From positions 64,001 through 128,000 of the IMG/VR virus record IMGVR_UViG_3300042465_005116: a stretch of 64,000 bases of DNA, one strand, 5' to 3'. The notes beneath the pieces were generated by a model. That model was given only the letters and a program-made list of their open reading frames with translations. It was not told the origin of the DNA and ran no database searches. This document shows positions 1-9,557 of the stretch, piece after piece (positions within the stretch are counted from its first letter, which is position 1; the number at the start of each line of letters is the position of its first letter). The stretch is from a virus. Lineage: Duplodnaviria > Caudoviricetes. The position numbers and the translations under genes are program-made.

Positions 1-661
1 GTAAATCAAACTGATTTGTTAGAATATATCCTTTATGGTCGTTTAACCAATGTACACATTTTCTTGATTCAATACGAGAAGCAAATCCAATTTTACCATT
101 ATCAACATGAGTAGTGAGCGGTAAGTTATTTTTAAACTCATAAAAATTTGGAACGTTATATGTGTAGTTTGGATGTTCATCAATCATAGTTGTGGTATTA
201 TTACCTACCCAAATTCTACGATTAAATGTTGCTAAATACTCATCATAAAAATCTGAATCAACTTGAGTATTATATTGTAACCTTTTTAGTTCCGGAATAG
301 CAGAAATTGCGGCATCCATTTCTCTAGCATATGCATGAACAAAGACAGTTTTAAATTTATCTTCAAAATGCCAAATGTGCGGTCTTAAATGATAATGTGG
401 ATGTAATACATGAATTTCTTCACACTCATCTAACCACGTTCTAGTCTTTTCAGGGTCATCGTAGTGAAAATGATGAACCAATCCCTTCGGTAAGTATTTT
501 GATTCGAATGAAGCGGGTCTCTTGGAGTCAATAAGTAATCTCCAATCCCTTTTGACAGGTAGTGTTGGCCAAACTAATTCTAAAAAATAATTAGTCCATA
601 TATCGGCCCCACCCATAACAGTATTACCACATCCAGTTGTAACTAAAACCTTTATACTCAT
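1..661 (-). CDS. Glycosyltransferase, GT-B-like (runs off window edge; absent from ORF track)
   Basis: Manual translation from ATG at 661: MSIKVLVTTGCGNTVMGGADIWTNYF...GKIGFASRIESRKCVHW. The N-terminal GGAD loop and the GFASR..RK segment resemble GT-B/GT4 enzymes. Open to the window edge. Confidence 0.6.
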   Translation of the reverse strand, partial: MSIKVLVTTGCGNTVMGGADIWTNYFLELVWPTLPVKRDWRLLIDSKRPASFESKYLPKGLVHHFHYDDPEKTRTWLDECEEIHVLHPHYHLRPHIWHFEDKFKTVFVHAYAREMDAAISAIPELKRLQYNTQVDSDFYDEYLATFNRRIWVGNNTTTMIDEHPNYTYNVPNFYEFKNNLPLTTHVDNGKIGFASRIESRKCVHWLNDHKGYILTNQFDL

Positions 662-690
662 AACATATATAAATATATAAAAATTAAATT

Positions 691-1242
691 TTAAACAAAC
701 GATTTTTCTCTAACCCACACAATTGCAATCCACTTTGTACCACTAATAACTGGCAATCCTGCATGTAAACTTTCAAAATCTAAACTACCATCTATTTTTA
801 GATTACTCCACATTAACATACGACCAGTTTTTGGTGTTACTTTTATTTTTTTAGTAGGAAATTCGGTTTCACCCCCTTCAAATTCATCGTTTAAATAAAA
901 TAAACAAGATACCACCCTCTGACCACCTGATTTCATAGTAGTATCGTAATAATCAGTATTTGGATGGAAAAAATCATGATGTGTTTTATATTCACCACCA
1001 ACGTTATATTTTACAATATGTATTTGTTCTTGATTTTCAATTGGAAGTCCTGATTTACTTGAAATTATTTTTTTTATTTTTGTTGTTAATTCTGTTTTTG
1101 AATGAATCCACGTATTTTCAGCAACCCTATAATTTTCAATTGGAGTTCCTAATGTAGAAGCACTTATCATATTTGCAGAACCCATTTCAATTAGTTCTTT
1201 ACATTCTGCTTCAGATATTTCATAATCAATTATTGCTATCAT
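691..1242 (-). CDS. Prolyl 4-hydroxylase-like 2OG-Fe(II) dioxygenase
   Basis: EQIHIVKYNVGGEYKTHHDFF (HxD), QRVVSCLFYLND.FEGGETEFP, HAGLPVISGTKWIAIVW: P4H catalytic-domain pattern including the 2OG-binding Lys. Confidence 0.88.
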   Translation of the reverse strand: MIAIIDYEISEAECKELIEMGSANMISASTLGTPIENYRVAENTWIHSKTELTTKIKKIISSKSGLPIENQEQIHIVKYNVGGEYKTHHDFFHPNTDYYDTTMKSGGQRVVSCLFYLNDEFEGGETEFPTKKIKVTPKTGRMLMWSNLKIDGSLDFESLHAGLPVISGTKWIAIVWVREKSFV

Positions 1243-1245
1243 AAC

Positions 1246-2103
1246 TTATTTTTTACAAGTTGTACATTCTTTATAAACTTCATTTACCCATTCTAAAGTA
1301 GTTCTTTCAGTTCCACCATAATCTTTTAAACCAGTAACAAAATCCATATTTGGATTGAATTTACTCCAATTACATAATTCTCTATAAGAACTATTATAAT
1401 TTGGAATATATTTATGCCAAATTATATTTTTTCTAATTGCAAATACATCATAACCACTTTTAAATAGTAAAAGGGAATATATTTCTTGTTCTTTAGTTGG
1501 GTTGTAATATTCGTTTACTTTTAATATATTTACAATTTCACCACTACCAAATAAGTTACCTCCTGATATATTCATCACTTTTTCATAACCATCAATTGGG
1601 TGTCTCATACAATGTGGGGGAATAAATTCAGGTGTCCACGTCGGTGCATTAGATGTATATATTGTGGCAACGTTTCGTTTACTATATACATCATATGTTT
1701 CATTAAATTCAAAAATCTGTGGAAATACACTAATAACTCCCTTTGATGGTATTTCACTTAATTGATTAATATATTCATCATCCCACCCTATCAAAAATCT
1801 AGAATGAGAATCTACACATAAAAAATAATCTTCATTATTATATAAATTTTCCATTATTAAATTCCTAGCCCATCCACATCCTTGTGCATCAGAAGCTAGT
1901 ATTTGCATAAATTTTACATTTAAATAAAATAGATGGTTATTAATTAAATCTGTTATTCTTTTTTGTTCTACCTCAGTATCTTGCAAACACACTCCAATAA
2001 ATACATTATTTGGATTATTCGCTTTATTAAAACAATCTATTATAGTGTTAACAACATCAAAATCTTTATATGAAGCTATACTTACAAATATCGTTTTATT
2101 CAT
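1246..2103 (-). CDS. GT60-like (Gnt1/Skp1-type) polypeptide GlcNAc transferase
   Basis: TIFVSIASYKD start, GCGWARN, YFLCVDSHSRFLIGWD (DSH metal motif) and IWHKY match the GT-A GlcNAc-transferase family of Dictyostelium Gnt1. Confidence 0.8.
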   Translation of the reverse strand: MNKTIFVSIASYKDFDVVNTIIDCFNKANNPNNVFIGVCLQDTEVEQKRITDLINNHLFYLNVKFMQILASDAQGCGWARNLIMENLYNNEDYFLCVDSHSRFLIGWDDEYINQLSEIPSKGVISVFPQIFEFNETYDVYSKRNVATIYTSNAPTWTPEFIPPHCMRHPIDGYEKVMNISGGNLFGSGEIVNILKVNEYYNPTKEQEIYSLLLFKSGYDVFAIRKNIIWHKYIPNYNSSYRELCNWSKFNPNMDFVTGLKDYGGTERTTLEWVNEVYKECTTCKK

Positions 2104-2112
2104 AATTATTTA

Positions 2113-3732
2113 TTATTCTATTTGTTTTACTTCTGCTCGGTTATGTACTAATATACCACTGCCAAAGTATACGTCATCATCTTCAATATTAACACTAACA
2201 GTTTGACAAGTTTCATTAATGAATTCAATGTCGCGTATTCTAACCCATATATCATTGGTATTAAATAAATAATCACCCACTAATAAATTATAAACCTTAC
2301 AAAACTTATATTCATTACCTCTTTTTATAAACACAGGATGTTCATATGTTATTCGTATTGATTTATTTATAATATAATAATTGGAATAAGACCCATGCAT
2401 TAAAGTTACAACCCTTGCTGTTGATGGTTCAAACCAAAATTTAGTATCAGAAAAATTAACCCAATTTTTTTCAATATCCTTATCTAATCCTTCTATTGAT
2501 AAACTACTAAGAATATCTCCCAATACTAAATCTTCAATTAATTTATTACTACCATCAGCCATTTTAATTTCAGTACCATAAAGAAAACACGGGTCTTCTT
2601 CCGGTGGAGGAGGTGGTGGTGGAGTTGGTGTTGGTGGAGGCGGAGGTGGTGCCGGACAACTACTTACTGTATTAATAAACCCATTACCTTCTACATAGTA
2701 AACTGAAGTTCCGTTTGAATAATATCCATCGGCTGCATTCGAACTACCATCACTAGCTGATTTTAATACACATTGTGCAATAAGTGATGAACAAGTACTC
2801 CATACTTCCGTAGTTACACCCATAGCACATGCCAACGAATCATCTCCCGCATTATATCCAAAATTAAATGAATAATATGTTGGAGGTGCCGGCGTAGGCG
2901 GAGGTGGAGTTGGTGGTGCAACATAACATGCAACAGCACTTATCCCATATCTAACACCCGCTCCAGTTGTAGCGTTATAAATATAAACACCATAACTTCC
3001 ACCATAATCACCTACACCTGTAAAAGTGTACGATGTTGCACTACCAATTGATAACGTAGCCAATGCTGCAGGACTAGCAGTATCCACACTATATCCAACG
3101 TAACAATCACTTCCACCATTTGCTATATTTTCTATAAATATTCGACCACTTGCACCCGTTGTTCCACTACAATCTTGTGTAACAGTAGCAGTTACCGCAG
3201 GTGGTGGAGTTGGTGGTGGTGGAGTTGGTGGTGGTGGAGTTGGACACGTACATCCATTAATGCCAGTTGCACGAAAAAGATGAGTATCAGTTGGAGTGTA
3301 TGATGTTCCTACTGCTATATAACAAATTTCATTTACATCATCGTATATATTTGTTCCGTAATTATAACTTCCAAAAATATGTCCCTGTGCTACCCCACCC
3401 GTACCACATTGTGATAAATATGTATATACCTGAGGAGCCGGTGTTGGAGGTGGTGGAGTTGGAGGAGCCGGAGTTGGTGGAGCCGGTGTTGGTGGAGCCG
3501 GAGTTGGAGGTGCCGGTGTTGGAGGTGCTGGAGTTGGAGGTGCAGGTGTTGGAGGAGCTGGAGTTGGAGGAGTTCCTGTTCCTCTTCCAAGAAACTCATC
3601 CATACCATGTGGTTTTGTAGGAATCCCATATGCTATAGCAGCCGTATCCATATCAACTTGAGTACCTGATGCAATATTTCTATCGGTATTAAATAAATTA
3701 AATGATATTTCTCCTGTAGACGGTAATGCCAT
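2113..3732 (-). CDS. Pro/Thr-rich, probably virion-associated protein with C-terminal Hint domain
   Basis: (PPTPA)n tracts separate small Cys-containing domains. C-terminal CFLYGTEIKMADG...VYFGSGILVHN is a Hint fold. The MALPSTGEIS start is typical of proteins next to phage tail fibres. Stop/start overlaps the tail fibre gene. Confidence 0.75.
   Translation of the reverse strand: MALPSTGEISFNLFNTDRNIASGTQVDMDTAAIAYGIPTKPHGMDEFLGRGTGTPPTPAPPTPAPPTPAPPTPAPPTPAPPTPAPPTPAPPTPPPPTPAPQVYTYLSQCGTGGVAQGHIFGSYNYGTNIYDDVNEICYIAVGTSYTPTDTHLFRATGINGCTCPTPPPPTPPPPTPPPAVTATVTQDCSGTTGASGRIFIENIANGGSDCYVGYSVDTASPAALATLSIGSATSYTFTGVGDYGGSYGVYIYNATTGAGVRYGISAVACYVAPPTPPPPTPAPPTYYSFNFGYNAGDDSLACAMGVTTEVWSTCSSLIAQCVLKSASDGSSNAADGYYSNGTSVYYVEGNGFINTVSSCPAPPPPPPTPTPPPPPPPEEDPCFLYGTEIKMADGSNKLIEDLVLGDILSSLSIEGLDKDIEKNWVNFSDTKFWFEPSTARVVTLMHGSYSNYYIINKSIRITYEHPVFIKRGNEYKFCKVYNLLVGDYLFNTNDIWVRIRDIEFINETCQTVSVNIEDDDVYFGSGILVHNRAEVKQIE
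3436..3570 (-). repeat. Nine tandem 15-bp units encoding PPTPA/PPTPP
   Basis: Units vary mainly at synonymous positions (e.g. agccggagttggagg, tgcaggtgttggagg on +), which points to selection on the protein repeat. Confidence 0.9.
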
Positions 3733-6700
3733 TACTTATTCTCTTTTAACTCGTTAATTTCTTTTTTCAATTCCTTAATACACTCAACTAATAAGGGTAC
3801 AATTTTTTCGTATTTGATAGCAAGGTATCCATCTACTCTTTTTACCACAACCTCGGGTAAAATTGTTTCTACTTGTTGAGCAATTAAACCTACATCGTGT
3901 TTTCTTATAAAGTAATTATCTTCGCCCTTACCACCACTTTCTTTTTGAATATATTCATCTGTCCAATCAAATTCTACCCCATCTAATTTTTCTATTTTAT
4001 CAAGAGCTTTTCCTATTGGTATAATATTTTCTTTTAATCTTTTATCTGAAGTAGCGAATGCAGTTATATTTCCGGTAGCAGTAATACCACCACCAACTGC
4101 AACGAAATTAGTATTTGCCTCATTTCTTTCAACTTTAAGATATCTATCAGTACTTGCTACAACTTGGAAACCACCCGCAACTAATTCAGTTTTCGATACT
4201 TGTTGTGATACCGATATAGTACTTATCTTTGGAGTGTTATAAGAGACACTAACATCAAAAGTTGCAACTGTTCCTGAATCACGATACGCAACACATACTC
4301 CATTTTTAATATAAGGTACAAAATAATATGTTGTACTTGGTGATAATGAAATAGCCCCGGTTAAAGTACCAAACGCATCACCGCTGGCCCAACCAAATTG
4401 CTCTTCTATGATAGTGTTACCATATCCAAATACCTCTGAAAAATTTATTGCTTTCGATATATCTAAAACTTCATTAGCTATACCTGTACCACCCGCTCTA
4501 ACGGAAATCCCTATGGTATAGTAGTGTTGTACATAACTTATATAAGGAGTATTTCCCCCAAATGGTTGATTACCCGGTTCTAAATATACACTATAATTTG
4601 AAAGTACCCCATGCCATAAATTTGTACTTATGGAATAAATTCCAGTAGTCCCAGCACTTGTAGTAAAACTAGGTGATGAACCAGGAGTCCATTCTAAATA
4701 TGTTGGGTCCATATTAGCAGATATTTGTGTAACATATTGGGAAGTGTTACCAGCATATTGTTGCTGAGTATTATAATTTGTTACTGAAGTTGGACTTATT
4801 GTTACACTACCGGCACTTAAACTACTCAATGTAGAGGCGTTACTTATATCTACCCTTAATGCAGTACCCTCATAAATTTCAATAGCAGGTCTTGCTGCGT
4901 TTAATCTTAATTTTTCAGTTGAATCTCGTATACTTGTAGGAGTTACAGTCCAACCCCCAATGTTACCGGTGGTAGCCGAAACTCTACCAGTAATATCCGC
5001 ACCGGTTGCAAACAATATACCGGCATTAGTTACCCTAAACGGGGCATTACCAAATGTAGCATTTCCTAACCACATTCCATTACTATCTGCTTTAAAAATA
5101 GTATTTGAACTACCAATTGAAATTGCTCCGGTACTATCTAATATTGCTGCTCCACCTGTTAAAGTGGTTGCACCCAATGTCCACCCACCAATAGTACCAG
5201 AAGTTGCTTTTAAAACTCCCGCGGGTGTTACACTAAATTCTGCACTTCCAAATGTTTCATTACCTAAATAAATTCCACTAGTATCCGCAGTAAATACACT
5301 TTCACCACTACCAATTCGAATAGAACCATTAAACGTTCCTGTTGCTGCGGATAATGCACCACTAAACGTTCCTCCACCATTAACAGTTAAAGATGTTCCA
5401 TCCCATAATAGGGAATTACTAGCAGATTTTAAAGACAATCTATATACGGGTGAACTACTAACATTAACCACCCCCATAAAAATACCATTTACATTATACC
5501 CTTGTGAACCGGCTGATGAACTTTGTCCGATAGATATGTACGGATAGGCACTGCCACCTGCTAAAGTAATATTTGCTGCTGCCATTGCACCATTCGAATT
5601 CGTACCAATGTTTAAAGTGTTTTGAACAAACGAATCTTCAAATATACCTATTTTAGCTGCAACAAAGAAATCTTGTGCACCTAACGATATCCAACCCGTT
5701 TGTGCTGCTTGATGTGGTGCACCATTTATTACGTTTCCTGTTGCTGAAAGATGTTGTCTAGTAGTTGCGTAGTATGTATTATACGGAGCGTTTCCATTTG
5801 TACTCCATAAGACAGTATCTCTTCTACCAGTCCCCGTTGTTAACCCATCTGAAAATTGATAGGTTCTACCACTTGTCCAAACTCCGGTATGAACCACACC
5901 AGGACCTGTTTGACCCGTTGCACCATCATCTCCATCAGTTCCATCAGTTCCATCAGTTCCATCAGTTCCATCAGTTCCGTTAATTGTTACATTTACTTTA
6001 TGTTCTTTAGTTATTGTACCGGTAGTTCCTTCCGAATTTACATATGTTATAGTAATAGCTACAGTCGTACCTGCATCGGTAGTTGGTGTGGTTGGTGTTA
6101 TAGTTGTAGTTCCCGTTCCACCTGTTAATGAAATTTGATATGTATTTATTGCACCACCAGTTGAATATGTATAATTTGTTCCACCTTCGTTTACACTAAT
6201 TGTAAATGTAGCAGGTGTAGCATATACCCCAGCGTTTGTTTTTGTAATCGATTGACCTTCATTTGATAACGTTGCAATTACTACCGGTGCAGCTTTTTTA
6301 ACTTTTGATAAACTTAATGTATCAGTTAGAGTTCTACTTGTCCCTTCAGAATCCGTAACTACTGCTGATATTGCTATTGTTGTAGAATTTGTTCCCGCTG
6401 CTAAAGTTTTTCCATTTAACGTTACCAACCCACTTGCAGCAGTAGTTGATATTGATGTAATATCTGAAGATGTTGCAGTTAACGATGTTATTGTTTTTGT
6501 TGTAGTAGAACCATTATAAGTTTCCCTTACAACTATTGTTGAATTTGCAAATGAATCAATTTGTGCACCGGTTGATTTAGCAGTTACACTTTGGTCTTTT
6601 GGTGTTGCAGAAATTGCAAGAACCGGAGCAGCTTTTTTATTTTTTGTATAAGTTGCAGTTTTTATAACACTTGTGGTATCTCCGGCACCATCTTTATAAT

Positions 6701-9302
6701 TAATTGTAATATCTAAAGAACCAGAATCTGCTGCAAGTGCGGTTATACCATATACGTTTGTAGATGGATTTGTAATATTTGGAGTACAACCTATTCCGCT
6801 TAAATTAGTTATTGCAAATGTATTATTAGCTCTAAGATTATCATTATCATCATCAAATGTAATAGTCTCATTTCCCACTTTTACGTTTACCGAACCACTT
6901 GTAAAAACAAAATCACCATTTGCTACAACTCCAGTTGAAAGTGCAGGCAAGGATGTATTATCATTTGTTAATGTAACTGATAATCCATCTAATATTTTTA
7001 CAGGAGTTATGGTTACCGCATCTGAAAATTTATTTCCAAATTGGTCAGACCCTGTGAATGAATATGTAGTAGAACCACTTAAAAATGGATATGCAGAACC
7101 AGCTAATGTGAATAACGTTACACCTGAAGTAGCATCAGTTGCTCCAATAGTTAAAGGTGGTTTTAAACTACCAGAATTTACTTCTAATGTACCAGTAGTT
7201 GATGCTAAATTTTTTCTTTTAGCCTCTATTGTAATTACTTGGCCTGATGGATTTAAGGATAAATCAGTTGCCTTATAAATAAATTGGTTAGCGTTTGAAG
7301 TTGTAAATAGACCGGGTGCATTTTCTCCATCTTCAAATCTATAAATGGTTTCGAACTCATTTAACCCATCACATGATGCAGTATAAGTTATAGAACCAAT
7401 TAATACTGATGGTACACTACCACTAAAATTAGCAATAGTTAAACTTGCACCACCATCTCCTGCGTTTGTTAAAAGACCAGGATATGTTCCCGCATAACTA
7501 GCAGGAACTATATAATTACCATCTGTATCAAACGCAGCAGATGCATAAGTAACCGAACCTGTTAAATTAGTTCTACTAATTGAGAATCCAACTTGTTGAA
7601 AAGCAGGATTACCAAACGAACCACTCGTAAAACGAAATGCAGTTCTATCTGATTCAAATGTTAAGATTTTTGAGGTAGTTGTAAAACTGTTACCACCATT
7701 AAATGTTTTTGAAGTTTTTACATCAACGGGAATATAATTGTTATTTATATCGTAAAATTCAAATTTGAAATCATATGTCTCACTCGCAAGTTTACGAGGA
7801 ATATCTTGTATTAAAGTAAATTCATCAGGTGAAAACGAAGTTTCTTGTGCGTTTTGTAAACTCACATTTGCCAAATACCAATCATCACCCGCAAACTCAA
7901 ATACTAATTTAGCATCTCCAGTCTTAGTAGCCTTTACATTTTGAGTTACGTTTTGTTTTGTAGTATATATCGCCGAATTAGTAACATTTACGATAGTTTG
8001 TTGTGGATAATCCGAACCACTAAAATATGCTTTTAAAGTTTTAGTCGAATCATTTGAACCACTTAGGAGTGTTTTGAATGAAAGGGTATACTCAACTCCC
8101 TCTGTCAGAGATAGAGATTGAGATGTAATAAAAAGGGCAGTATTATCATAATTTGAACCACTATAATCTACCTTAACCGATGCGTTTAATTTATCTACAT
8201 TAATTGTAATTGGATGTGCAGTTGAACCACTTACCCAATAATTTTTTATATTGGTATCCGTAAACTGACCATAGGATAATTCCGTATTAGCAGTTGTTGT
8301 TATATCTTTTAGTATTTCTGATGATTCTAATTTAGTATCTTGTATGAATTGGTAATCACCAACTTCGTTTCTAGATTTTCTATAAACCTTTACTCTCGCT
8401 ACATCACCAACAAATGTTTTTAAATCTGATAATTGAATTTTAGCAAAAGAACCCGTCAACGCCGAGTTGATAATCGTCTGACCTTCAATATGGTCAAATG
8501 TAGTTGTGTAGGCAGTAGCAGGAAAATTTGAAACGGATGATGATACCGCATATGGAATATCTACAAATATTTCTTTGTTATTTAAGACCTCTCTTATAGT
8601 TGCCGAATACCCTAATGATGGTATTGTTATGGTATTTTCATCAACGGATGATGTCCAATTTGAACCATCGGTAATTTTTAATTTATATAAAGTTCCGGCT
8701 GTCCAAGTTCGAATATCAGTACCATAAACTGGTTGTTGTGGGATACCTTCAACCAATCCCGTTTGAGTAACTGATGGGGTTGTTATATTAAAAATGGGTT
8801 TATTTATCTCATCAATTGTAATTTTTGGTCTTTTATAAAACCTAACAATAGTTTCATTCGAAAGATTTTTATTTACATTAAACGTTCTCTCCCACTTAAT
8901 ATTATAGATACCACTCCACTCAGCAGGAATATCTCTAACTACTCCGGTCTCATCAATATAGGTTTTTAATTCACCTAATACAGTAATTTTTCCTAAACCA
9001 ATAGGGGTATCCTCATAGACATGAACTGATACAATTTTTGAAATTCCTTCGTAGTATTCTGGTATACCATTACCCGGCTCGTAATAAATCGGTGTGCCGG
9101 TAACATCTAATATCTCAATTTTAATTTCAGTTGTTTCCTTTAAATGTTCAGAACCCTCTATAAGAAACCCATTCTTACCACCGGTGAAGGTATCTTTAAA
9201 TTCGGTAATTCTAAAATATTCAGACGTTCTAACTTGGTCATTTATAAATGTACCAAAGTTTGATAAGTTTTGATACGAAGCGAACGATTTAATTATTGCC
9301 AT
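3732..9302 (-). CDS. Large tail fibre/tail protein with C-terminal peptidase S74 intramolecular chaperone
   Basis: C-terminal SDKRLKENI...GVEFDW...GLIAQQVETILPEVV...YEKIVPLLVECIKEL; beta-rich Gly/Thr/Ser repeats; short collagen-like segment. Confidence 0.85.
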   Translation of the reverse strand: MAIIKSFASYQNLSNFGTFINDQVRTSEYFRITEFKDTFTGGKNGFLIEGSEHLKETTEIKIEILDVTGTPIYYEPGNGIPEYYEGISKIVSVHVYEDTPIGLGKITVLGELKTYIDETGVVRDIPAEWSGIYNIKWERTFNVNKNLSNETIVRFYKRPKITIDEINKPIFNITTPSVTQTGLVEGIPQQPVYGTDIRTWTAGTLYKLKITDGSNWTSSVDENTITIPSLGYSATIREVLNNKEIFVDIPYAVSSSVSNFPATAYTTTFDHIEGQTIINSALTGSFAKIQLSDLKTFVGDVARVKVYRKSRNEVGDYQFIQDTKLESSEILKDITTTANTELSYGQFTDTNIKNYWVSGSTAHPITINVDKLNASVKVDYSGSNYDNTALFITSQSLSLTEGVEYTLSFKTLLSGSNDSTKTLKAYFSGSDYPQQTIVNVTNSAIYTTKQNVTQNVKATKTGDAKLVFEFAGDDWYLANVSLQNAQETSFSPDEFTLIQDIPRKLASETYDFKFEFYDINNNYIPVDVKTSKTFNGGNSFTTTSKILTFESDRTAFRFTSGSFGNPAFQQVGFSISRTNLTGSVTYASAAFDTDGNYIVPASYAGTYPGLLTNAGDGGASLTIANFSGSVPSVLIGSITYTASCDGLNEFETIYRFEDGENAPGLFTTSNANQFIYKATDLSLNPSGQVITIEAKRKNLASTTGTLEVNSGSLKPPLTIGATDATSGVTLFTLAGSAYPFLSGSTTYSFTGSDQFGNKFSDAVTITPVKILDGLSVTLTNDNTSLPALSTGVVANGDFVFTSGSVNVKVGNETITFDDDNDNLRANNTFAITNLSGIGCTPNITNPSTNVYGITALAADSGSLDITINYKDGAGDTTSVIKTATYTKNKKAAPVLAISATPKDQSVTAKSTGAQIDSFANSTIVVRETYNGSTTTKTITSLTATSSDITSISTTAASGLVTLNGKTLAAGTNSTTIAISAVVTDSEGTSRTLTDTLSLSKVKKAAPVVIATLSNEGQSITKTNAGVYATPATFTISVNEGGTNYTYSTGGAINTYQISLTGGTGTTTITPTTPTTDAGTTVAITITYVNSEGTTGTITKEHKVNVTINGTDGTDGTDGTDGTDGDDGATGQTGPGVVHTGVWTSGRTYQFSDGLTTGTGRRDTVLWSTNGNAPYNTYYATTRQHLSATGNVINGAPHQAAQTGWISLGAQDFFVAAKIGIFEDSFVQNTLNIGTNSNGAMAAANITLAGGSAYPYISIGQSSSAGSQGYNVNGIFMGVVNVSSSPVYRLSLKSASNSLLWDGTSLTVNGGGTFSGALSAATGTFNGSIRIGSGESVFTADTSGIYLGNETFGSAEFSVTPAGVLKATSGTIGGWTLGATTLTGGAAILDSTGAISIGSSNTIFKADSNGMWLGNATFGNAPFRVTNAGILFATGADITGRVSATTGNIGGWTVTPTSIRDSTEKLRLNAARPAIEIYEGTALRVDISNASTLSSLSAGSVTISPTSVTNYNTQQQYAGNTSQYVTQISANMDPTYLEWTPGSSPSFTTSAGTTGIYSISTNLWHGVLSNYSVYLEPGNQPFGGNTPYISYVQHYYTIGISVRAGGTGIANEVLDISKAINFSEVFGYGNTIIEEQFGWASGDAFGTLTGAISLSPSTTYYFVPYIKNGVCVAYRDSGTVATFDVSVSYNTPKISTISVSQQVSKTELVAGGFQVVASTDRYLKVERNEANTNFVAVGGGITATGNITAFATSDKRLKENIIPIGKALDKIEKLDGVEFDWTDEYIQKESGGKGEDNYFIRKHDVGLIAQQVETILPEVVVKRVDGYLAIKYEKIVPLLVECIKELKKEINELKENK
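5931..5975 (-). repeat. Five perfect 9-bp repeats encoding (TDG)n in a collagen-like Gly-X-Y segment
   Basis: tccatcagt x5 on +; protein NGTDGTDGTDGTDGTDGDDGATGQTGPG. Confidence 0.9.
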
Positions 9303-9386
9303 TGGAATCCTTTGTTATAGCAATAAATATAAGTAAAAAAGATTGTATTATATTTATTCTATGGAAACCCATAGAAACCAATAGAA

Positions 9387-9557
9387 ATGAACAAATATAC
9401 GACAATTCAAATAAAAAAAGATACCCATGCACTTCTACAAGAATATTGTAGAGAACACGGGTATACGTTAAGTGGGTTGGTAGACTCGTTAATTAAACAA
9501 AGAATTAACAAACCTAAACCAACCAATATATTAGCGGTTAAAACTTTACATAGCTAA
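9387..9557 (+). CDS. Ribbon-helix-helix (CopG/Arc-like) DNA-binding protein, 56 aa; only plus-strand gene found
   Basis: Manual translation MNKYTTIQIKKDTHALLQEYCREHGYTLSGLVDSLIKQRINKPKPTNILAVKTLHS: beta strand then two helices with a Gly turn; fills the gap between tail fibre and SbcCD genes. Confidence 0.7.
   Translation: MNKYTTIQIKKDTHALLQEYCREHGYTLSGLVDSLIKQRINKPKPTNILAVKTLHS

Noticed and set aside
3436-5975. 15-bp and 9-bp tandem repeats as CRISPR arrays or phase-variable VNTRs
   Set aside because: There are no spacers, unit lengths are multiples of three within coding sequence, and the 15-bp units are synonymously diverged
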